Below are positions 57,344-64,000 of a stretch of 64,000 bases of DNA, in pieces. The position numbers were made by a program, and so were the translations under genes. The DNA is from Candidatus Omnitrophota bacterium (GTDB taxonomy: Bacteria > Omnitrophota > Gorgyraeia > Zapsychrales > Zapsychraceae). A model generated the notes under the pieces. That model saw nothing but the letters and a program-made list of their open reading frames with translations. It was not told the DNA's origin and did not search any database. The DNA lies in contig JBFWOS010000001.1 in NCBI GenBank assembly GCA_050250375.1, forward strand, positions 830,361-894,360. The letters run 5' to 3'. The stretch's first letter is position 1; the number at the start of each line of letters is the position of its first letter.

Positions 57344-58876
57344 TTATTTCGATTTTATTTTTAAGTTGAGCTGGTTCCCGGATATTTCCTCAAAGAACCG
57401 CTTGCGTTCCAGGAACGACGTCTTCTCCAGCGCCAGGCTGTCCTGTGCCAGGATGACCAGGTTGATTTCGCCCGGTTTGACAAATTCCACTTCAATCTTT
57501 TTTACTTTTTGTTTATGGGAGGCGTCCAGGGCATTGGCGATGCGCAGCAGCGATGTTAATTTCTGAACGAGGATCTGTTCGGTCGATGTCAGGTTCTGGT
57601 AATAATAATGTGAATTCTGCGGCGTGGCCTTGCGGTGATAACGGGCGATGCAGGCGATACACCGGATCTCATCAAATGTCAGGCGAAAAAGACTTAAGGA
57701 ATTAATGATATATTCCGTGTGTTTATGGTGTGAGCGGTTATTAATAAAAAGTCCGATATTGTGAAGATAGGCCGCCAGGTTTAAATAAAGCAGGTCCTTG
57801 TCTTCCAATCCCATGGACGGCTGAAACTGCTTGAACAATTCTTCTGAAAGCTGGGCGACGTGCCGGGTGTGTTTGATGTCCAGGTCAAATTTGTGGCACA
57901 AAAACTTGGCCACGGAAATGAGCTGATTTTCCTTATTATATTTCTGGGCCAGTTCCATCCCGAAAATGGTGTTGGCCAGCAAGGCCTCGGACAACGAGGT
58001 CTCCAGGATGTTGATCGTCCTTTTCTTCAACAGTTTGAACAGCTTGTTCAGGATGATCGCGTAGCCGTCAATCGAATCGGCCAACTCAATGGGAATGTCA
58101 TAAAAATCAGACAGGTCGTCCAGGTTCTTGCCCTGAATCCTTGAGATCAACTGATTGGACTCACGGAACTTGAATTGAAAAAAACTGGTCTGCCGGGTTT
58201 TATTCGGGAGGATCTTGTGCAGCGCCGCGGAATAACTTTCATCAATCAGGATAATATCATCAATCTTGATGTCCGGAAACGAGCGTTTGGTGTTGATGAT
58301 CTCGTTCTCGACATATTCTTCCAGGGCCTGATAAATTTCTTTTTTGGTGCCTTCGATACGGTTCCGGAACTGGGTCAAACGCAATGTACCCAGAGGCATC
58401 CCGAAACTGGCAACGGCAAAGCCTTTTTCCAGGACAGATATGTCCAGTGATCCCGCCCCGAGTTCCACGATCAGAAGATTCTTTTCATTGATGGGATAAC
58501 TTTTCTTCAGTTTGTAGGACAAAAACGCGTCGATGTAATAAACAACATCACCGACGTTCAGGACCTCGATCTCAAAACCTGTCATCCGTTTGACGGTATC
58601 GAGGAAGATGTCCCGGTTGAGGGCTTCGCGGACAGCAGTCGTCGCGATGATCTTGACTTTCTGGATTTCATACTGGGCGATGACGCTTTTATATTTATTG
58701 AGGACGCTGATGACATCATAAAAGATGTCCTGGGAGATTTTCCCCTTGTAGAAGGTACTTTTCCCGATCGCGTTGATATTCTTCAGGGTCTCCAGGATCG
58801 TAATTTCCTGGCCGACATCCTCACCGATGACCAGTTTGGTTGAATTTGACCCGATATCAATGACTGCTGCTCTCAT
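57344..58876 (-). CDS. ppx: exopolyphosphatase/guanosine pentaphosphate phosphohydrolase (Ppx/GppA)
   Basis: N-terminus AAVIDIGSNSTKLVI (ASKHA fold) plus a C-terminal HD-like domain. Confidence 0.85.
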   Translation of the reverse strand: MRAAVIDIGSNSTKLVIGEDVGQEITILETLKNINAIGKSTFYKGKISQDIFYDVISVLNKYKSVIAQYEIQKVKIIATTAVREALNRDIFLDTVKRMTGFEIEVLNVGDVVYYIDAFLSYKLKKSYPINEKNLLIVELGAGSLDISVLEKGFAVASFGMPLGTLRLTQFRNRIEGTKKEIYQALEEYVENEIINTKRSFPDIKIDDIILIDESYSAALHKILPNKTRQTSFFQFKFRESNQLISRIQGKNLDDLSDFYDIPIELADSIDGYAIILNKLFKLLKKRTINILETSLSEALLANTIFGMELAQKYNKENQLISVAKFLCHKFDLDIKHTRHVAQLSEELFKQFQPSMGLEDKDLLYLNLAAYLHNIGLFINNRSHHKHTEYIINSLSLFRLTFDEIRCIACIARYHRKATPQNSHYYYQNLTSTEQILVQKLTSLLRIANALDASHKQKVKKIEVEFVKPGEINLVILAQDSLALEKTSFLERKRFFEEISGNQLNLKIKSK

Positions 58877-59212
58877 ATCCCCCCGTCCTTTATAAGGATG
58901 ACATTATACTACATCTGCCGCCAAACTCAAATTATCCTTTCCACTCCTCTGCGTTAATGACATCTCGCCCAAAGACGGACACCAAAAAGGCATACAGTGC
59001 TTGTTCAAGCGGACTGTATACCAATTTAGAAGGGTAGGATCTTTGGCAGGAGTAAAGAAGAAATTTAATGCGGGTCTTATGGAAGGCTCCTATTAAACAA
59101 TGAGAAATTTTCATTTCTGATTGATCGTATTTTCCTTGATTTCCTAGTAATGTTATAGGCCGCTTGTGTTATTAATACGTGGCATCCTTGTGAACATTGG
59201 GAAAACTTTACA

Positions 59213-59258
59213 AAAAAAACCCGTTTTTCCTAGAAACGACAGAAAAACGGGTTTTATT
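59213..59258 (-). terminator. rho-independent terminator downstream of cspA (bidirectional in form)
   Basis: AAAAAAAACCCGUUUUUC...GAAAAACGGGUUUUAUUU: an 11 bp stem flanked by an A-tract and a T-tract. Confidence 0.6.
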
Positions 59259-59290
59259 TAACAAGATCTATAGATATCTAAATTGAACGA

Positions 59291-59491
59291 TTACAATTTG
59301 ACAACATCTTTTGCTTGTTCACCTTTTGGTCCGTTGGCAATCTCGAATTCAACTGCTTGCCCTTCTTCCAATGTTTTGAATCCATCACCTTGAATATCAC
59401 TGTGATGAACAAAAACATCCTTACCAGACTCCAGCGCGATAAATCCAAAACCTTTTTGATTGCTGAACCATTTTACTGTACCTTTAGCCAT
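59291..59491 (-). CDS. cspA: cold-shock protein (CspA family)
   Basis: [18 protein letters not shown] with RNP1 and RNP2 motifs; 66 aa. Confidence 0.9.
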   Translation of the reverse strand: MAKGTVKWFSNQKGFGFIALESGKDVFVHHSDIQGDGFKTLEEGQAVEFEIANGPKGEQAKDVVKL

Positions 59492-59640
59492 TTAACTATA
59501 TCCTCCTTTCTTCGAAATATAGTAATGACGAGAGAAAATAGAAAAACCGCAAGGTCAATGTTCTCTAACCTTACGGTCTAGATCTTTTTCCTTTATCTCT
59601 TACTACTTATGGAAGAGTATGTACTATTTTCCAATATTTG

Positions 59641-61257
59641 TCAATTAAATTTTTTCTTGCCTTTATTTCGCTTGCGGCCGGAATCCTGTCCCTTCTGGGT
59701 CGCCTTCTGAACAAATTTTTTATTGCCTTTGTCAAGTTTGTTCAATGAATGCAGGACGATTTCGGCCTCGTTAAACGGAAGCGTGACAAATGAAAATTTA
59801 TCGAGCACCTGGACGTCACGGATGGCCCCCTGCGAGATGGCGCATTTCTTAATGATAATCTCAACCAATTTCTTTGGGGTCATCCCGTCGACTTTCCCGC
59901 TCTTGATAAACAAACGGGTTTTGCCTTTATGGTCAACCGGGGAGTCATTGATGTGCGAATAACTTTTTTCGTCCAGCGAATCCTGGAAGGAATATTCAAG
60001 CAACGCTGCCAGGACCGTTGACGGATCATTTTCTTCCAGCAGTTCCTGCGACATCGCCAGGTAATGCGGCTGCGGGGATGCCTGGATAATCTCGTTGATC
60101 TGGCTGATGATCCTGTTCTTCTTGGTCTTGATCAGGTCCCCCACCGTCGGCAGTTTGGCTTTTTTAATATCACTCTTAATGACGCGTTTGATAAACTGCA
60201 GCTTGCGGTATTCTTCAGAGGTGATGAACGTGATCGCGCTGCCTTCTTTCCCGGCCCGGCCGGTACGGCCTATGCGGTGTACGTACGACTCGGGGTCCTG
60301 CGGAAGTGAATAGTTGATGACATGCGTCAGGTTCTGGACATCAATACCCCTGGCGGCGACGTCGGTCGCCACCAAGACATTAATGACACCTTTCCTGAAA
60401 TTATTCAGGGTCTTTTCCCTGAGATTTTGCGAGATATCCCCGTGCAGACCGGAAGCGTCATACCCGCGTTCAATCAAATGGGAGGTGACCTGGTCCACGT
60501 CAATCTTGGTCCGGCAGAAAATCAGGCCGTAAAATTCTTCTTCGATATCAATGATCCGGCACAGGGCCTCGAATTTGTCGGAGGAAGAAACCTCAAAATA
60601 AATCTGCTCTGTCTGTGACGTCGTTAACTGGTCCTGGGTGATCTTGATAAACTCATATTCCTTCATGTATTTTTCAGCGATCTTTTTGATCGCGTTCGGC
60701 ATCGTCGCTGAAAACAGCAGGGTCTTCTTGTCTACATTTGTTTTCTCGATAATCTCCTGCACTTCTTCCTGAAACCCCATATTCAGCATTTCGTCCGCCT
60801 CATCCAGGACAAGATATTGGATTTGATCCAGCTTTAATGTCTTGCGGTTTAAATGGTCGATGATACGGCCCGGTGTCCCGACAACAATATCAACCCCTTT
60901 TTTCAGGCTGCGCAGCTGCAGGCCGATCGCCTGGCCGCCGTAAACGGGCACAATGGTGAATGCCCGGTTTCCCTTGAACGAACTGATCTCTTCGGTGACC
61001 TGGATGGCCAATTCCCGGGTCGGAGTCAAGACCAGGGCCTGCACCGTTTTGGACTTTCCCTTCAAATTTTCGAGAATCGGTAACCCGAATGCCGCTGTTT
61101 TCCCGGTCCCGGTCTGGGCCTGGGCGACCATGTCTTTCTGGCCGTTTAAAATGGCGGGAATCGCCTTTTGCTGGATCGGGGTCGGCACTTCAAACCCCCG
61201 GTCTTTTAATATTTTTAATGTTTCTTTGGATAAACCCAATTCAGTAAAATCATTCAT
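59641..61257 (-). CDS. deaD: DEAD-box ATP-dependent RNA helicase (DeaD/CsdA-like with C-terminal RNA-binding extension)
   Basis: Q motif, AQTGTGKT, DEAD, SAT and HRIGRTGR motifs, and a C-terminal DbpA-like/basic tail. Confidence 0.9.
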   Translation of the reverse strand: MNDFTELGLSKETLKILKDRGFEVPTPIQQKAIPAILNGQKDMVAQAQTGTGKTAAFGLPILENLKGKSKTVQALVLTPTRELAIQVTEEISSFKGNRAFTIVPVYGGQAIGLQLRSLKKGVDIVVGTPGRIIDHLNRKTLKLDQIQYLVLDEADEMLNMGFQEEVQEIIEKTNVDKKTLLFSATMPNAIKKIAEKYMKEYEFIKITQDQLTTSQTEQIYFEVSSSDKFEALCRIIDIEEEFYGLIFCRTKIDVDQVTSHLIERGYDASGLHGDISQNLREKTLNNFRKGVINVLVATDVAARGIDVQNLTHVINYSLPQDPESYVHRIGRTGRAGKEGSAITFITSEEYRKLQFIKRVIKSDIKKAKLPTVGDLIKTKKNRIISQINEIIQASPQPHYLAMSQELLEENDPSTVLAALLEYSFQDSLDEKSYSHINDSPVDHKGKTRLFIKSGKVDGMTPKKLVEIIIKKCAISQGAIRDVQVLDKFSFVTLPFNEAEIVLHSLNKLDKGNKKFVQKATQKGQDSGRKRNKGKKKFN

Positions 61258-61331
61258 AAAGTATTTCGCCTTTCATCAAAAAATCTGAGTATACAACCAT
61301 CCGTTTTCTATCAGATCATCGATCAGTATTT

Positions 61332-62144
61332 TTAATTTTTAATAACACTTATATCGTCCAGGGCCGGAATATCCAGGTTTAATTCCCTGGCCTGCGCGAC
61401 TGCCCGCTGCAGACGGGCCGGGGCCGAGCGCCCCATACAGACATGGTCCGGGTCACCTTCAAACGCGTGAACCATCCCCGCGATCAACCGTTCCCGGTCC
61501 AATTCCTTGCCGGCGATCTTAAACTGGATATCAAGGACCTCCCGGGCTACCTGCCGGGCCAGTTCCTGGTGATGTTTCCACAAGTCGCCGACTGTGCCTC
61601 CGACCTTTAATCCGCAGACATTGGTTGTGAGGATATATAGATTCTTGAGGATCAATTCAAAAAGCAGGTCATCCGCGTTCTTCAGGATTCTGGCGGATAT
61701 TTTTAACGCGCCCAGGATATCCGAGACCAACGGCGCCTGCGGTCCGAAGACCGGAGACGGGATGATCACCTTGAAATCCCTGGGTTGTTTCTTCTCAAAC
61801 CAGACGGAAATAACCGTCGGCTCTACCTTGTACGCCGCCCAATCCTTCGGGAGCAACTCATTCTGTACCAGGACAAGTTTATTCCGCCACGTTAGAGGCA
61901 TGGATCCCATCACGGCATGAAAATCCTTTTCACCAACGGCGACAATGACGCAGAGGAAATCCTGACCTTGACGGTCCGCTTGTGCCAGGTCTGTTCCCCG
62001 CGTAACCGGATACACCGGATGCCCGAGTTTTAATAATCCGCGCGCGAACACACCGCCGATTTCTCCCGCTCCAATTAATGCGACTGGTTTCTTCACTGTT
62101 CCGCTTCCCTTATTGATTGGTAAATTTAAGTTTTGTCCCGTCAA
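61332..62144 (-). CDS. NAD(P)-binding Rossmann-fold oxidoreductase-like protein (ketopantoate reductase or DUF2520-like)
   Basis: N-terminal GxGxxG motif (VALIGAGEIGG). Confidence 0.45.
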   Translation of the reverse strand: MTGQNLNLPINKGSGTVKKPVALIGAGEIGGVFARGLLKLGHPVYPVTRGTDLAQADRQGQDFLCVIVAVGEKDFHAVMGSMPLTWRNKLVLVQNELLPKDWAAYKVEPTVISVWFEKKQPRDFKVIIPSPVFGPQAPLVSDILGALKISARILKNADDLLFELILKNLYILTTNVCGLKVGGTVGDLWKHHQELARQVAREVLDIQFKIAGKELDRERLIAGMVHAFEGDPDHVCMGRSAPARLQRAVAQARELNLDIPALDDISVIKN

Positions 62145-62550
62145 TTTTACGGTAATAACAGCCCAGCCTGGTCTGCCCGTTTTTATGTTTGGTGTGGCAC
62201 GATCCCTTGCCGACCATTTTAACCAGATAAAGCAGCGAATTTTGTTCGCAGTTCACATACACATCCACCAAATCCAATTGATCCCCGGATGTCAGTCCCT
62301 TCACCCAGAGTTCATTGCGGGATGTGCTCCAGAACGTGGCCACTTTGTGTTCCAGGGTATGCTTTAAGGCCTTGTCGTTGGCGTAACCGATCAGCAGGAT
62401 TTCTCTGGTGGCGGCATCCTGGACGACGACCGGAACGACCGCCTCTTGAGTCTGCGCGATCTTGCGCAGTTTTTCAAAATCAATCAGCATCTCCTCGCTT
62501 TCCTCGAGAAGGCTGGATGAAATCTCTCCCTTAAAATCTTTGCGGTTCAT
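62110..62550 (-). CDS. hisI: phosphoribosyl-AMP cyclohydrolase
   Basis: VVQD...LIGYANDKAL...FWSTSRNELWVKGLTSG...YVNCEQNSLLYLV...GSCHT, a set of core motifs typical of HisI. Confidence 0.7.
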   Translation of the reverse strand: MNRKDFKGEISSSLLEESEEMLIDFEKLRKIAQTQEAVVPVVVQDAATREILLIGYANDKALKHTLEHKVATFWSTSRNELWVKGLTSGDQLDLVDVYVNCEQNSLLYLVKMVGKGSCHTKHKNGQTRLGCYYRKIDGTKLKFTNQ

Positions 62551-62690
62551 GGCGCGTTCCTTTCTGGTAATAATCCTCGCTTCGCCCTGTCAACGCGCGT
62601 CGTTTGCAAGGCGGATAATTGAGTCCCCATTATACATGAATTCGCCAATTATACAAAACTTTGATTTGGACGGATGTCCGAAGGAATTAA

Positions 62691-63215
62691 TTAATTATTT
62701 AGGGAGGCGTTGTCAGAAAGGCACTTTTCCAGGGTATCCAGGATATCGTGCCGGGTAACGATACCGACGACTTCACGCTGTTCGTTGATTATAGGGACAC
62801 ATCCGATCTTCTTTTTTACCATCAGATGGATCGCGTCTTTGACAGAATTTTCCTCGGTCAGAGTCTCCGGGTCCTTGCGCATGACCCGGCACAGGATATA
62901 TTCATCAAGCGTTTGCCGGTCATAAAAAAACTGGTCATTCTCGACCAGCAGTTCTTTTTCGTAAAAAACCTCGCCCTGCTGATTTTTCCGGGGGGCGACG
63001 GTCCGGTAAATATCCCTTTGCGAAACAATACCGATTAGCCGGTTATTTTCGTCAATCACCGGCATATGCCGAATCCGGAATTCGATAAATTCCTGTTCGA
63101 CCCTGCTCAGATCAGCTGTTTCCCGGACGGTGTGGACCGGCCGGCTCATTACTCGGCTGATCTTCAACCGGCCTAAACCGTCTCTCATGAGCGCATTCAA
63201 CGTTTCTTCTGTCAT
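62691..63215 (-). CDS. CBS-domain pair protein
   Basis: Two CBS motifs (HMPVIDENNRLIGIVSQRDI and CVPIINEQREVVGIVTRHDI). Confidence 0.7.
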   Translation of the reverse strand: MTEETLNALMRDGLGRLKISRVMSRPVHTVRETADLSRVEQEFIEFRIRHMPVIDENNRLIGIVSQRDIYRTVAPRKNQQGEVFYEKELLVENDQFFYDRQTLDEYILCRVMRKDPETLTEENSVKDAIHLMVKKKIGCVPIINEQREVVGIVTRHDILDTLEKCLSDNASLNN

Positions 63216-63244
63216 CGCATTCTTCTCCTAGTGCTTCGGCATTT

Positions 63245-63628
63245 TTAAATACAAGCCTTTGCAAATTCAGGACATTTTTTAATGGCCGGAACCAGCCGTT
63301 CATAGATATCGCTTTTGGCAATAAAATCGAAAGCATTAACGTCTTTGGCCGCTTTTTTAAACGCTTCTATTTCAAACATGGTTAGTATGATTAAATGACA
63401 TGCGGGAAGGTCCTTGAGGATTTCCCTGGCGGCGGCCAGCCCGTTTAATTTAGGGAGATTGATGTCCATCAGGATAATGTGCGGCTTAACAAATGAGGCC
63501 TTGGTCACCGCCATTTCCGCCGAGGTGGCCTCGAATATTTCCAGATTCAGGTTTTGTGTGATCAAATAACTCTTCAGGATAGCCCTAAATTCGCAATTGT
63601 CATCAACCATTAACAGCCGAACAGACAT
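63245..63628 (-). CDS. single-domain response regulator receiver protein (CheY-like)
   Basis: LLMVDD, ILMDINLP and K in the LTMF region; 127 aa. Confidence 0.75.
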   Translation of the reverse strand: MSVRLLMVDDNCEFRAILKSYLITQNLNLEIFEATSAEMAVTKASFVKPHIILMDINLPKLNGLAAAREILKDLPACHLIILTMFEIEAFKKAAKDVNAFDFIAKSDIYERLVPAIKKCPEFAKACI

Positions 63629-63750
63629 GGACGCTCCTTTTTTCCAGGTTCATGCTTTTCATTCAAAATAAATATAACATATCACCGGAAACTTCAAATT
63701 CGACCAAGTACGTATTGAACTCCGTAAGACTACTGAATCAAAAGAAAAAA

Positions 63751-64000
63751 TTAAACCAGCCCCTTGGAAATCGCGTATTTAACGAGCCCGGCAGTGGACT
63801 TAATACCCAGTTTGTTGGTGAGGTTATTCCGGTGGGTTTCTGCCGTCCTGATACTGATTTTCAGTCTGGAAGCAATATTTTTATTGGCCATTCCCGAGGC
63901 GACCAGATTAAGAACTTCTTTCTCCCGTTTGGTCAGGATATCCAGGGAAGGCGTATCCACCTCATCCATGGACCGGAGATAACGTTCCGTTTCCAATTGG
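63751..64000 (-). CDS. LuxR/NarL-type HTH regulator, C-terminal part (N-terminus lies outside the window)
   Basis: LTKREKEVLNLVASGMANKNIASRLKISIRTAETHRNNLTNKLG is a GerE/LuxR HTH. The ORF is still open at the window edge. Confidence 0.7.
   Translation of the reverse strand, partial: QLETERYLRSMDEVDTPSLDILTKREKEVLNLVASGMANKNIASRLKISIRTAETHRNNLTNKLGIKSTAGLVKYAISKGLV

Noticed and set aside
55726-58450. Plus-strand ORFs antisense to ppk and ppx (55726..56238, 57860..58144, 58175..58450)
   Set aside because: They are contained within well-supported minus-strand genes and their translations are low-complexity Arg/Gly/Pro-rich, consistent with a GC-skew artefact.
1-64000. Search for tRNA, rRNA, tmRNA, RNase P, integrase/transposase and inverted-repeat-bounded IS elements
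   Set aside because: Intergenic gaps longer than 100 bp were inspected and none showed a tRNA cloverleaf, conserved rRNA blocks or transposase-like ORFs. The low-GC islets lack flanking integrase genes or obvious direct repeats.

Overview
This 64 kb window is a gene-dense bacterial chromosomal segment, roughly 45-50% GC outside a few AT-rich islets, and most genes sit on the minus strand. I found no rRNA, tRNA, CRISPR array or IS element. Recognisable housekeeping and envelope genes include a 5'-truncated comM, an MscS channel, an HtrA protease, ileS, msrA, cmoA/cmoB, cardiolipin synthase, a histidine kinase/OmpR-type regulator pair, an ExbB/ExbD-TPR-vWA cluster, a ppx-ppk1 polyphosphate cluster with a fused metallophosphoesterase-HD gene, cspA with a DEAD-box helicase, and hisI. 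Sequence composition and domain architecture point to several accessory or unusual elements. The most interesting is a roughly 3.5 kb lower-GC, tightly overlapping six-gene minus-strand operon at 48.8-52.1 kb: a HAD-like gene, a signal peptidase I with a large N-terminal extension, a PhyH-family dioxygenase, two tandem paralogous 120-aa proteins of unknown family, and a small membrane protein. A single-gene low-GC islet beside ileS (16.4-17.4 kb) encodes a zinc-ribbon protein with a nucleoside 2-deoxyribosyltransferase-like (TIR/SLOG-superfamily) domain. A 340 bp structured leader at 26.3-26.6 kb resembles a c-di-GMP-I (GEMM) riboswitch and ends in an intrinsic terminator immediately upstream of a ribosome-binding site and start codon. 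Also notable are an ATP-grasp plus M20 peptidase gene pair, a TamB-like gene with three 324 bp tandem repeats, a probably frameshifted repeat protein, and a ROK kinase with an extra C-terminal domain. All functional calls come from motif recognition by eye in the supplied translations; no database search was run.
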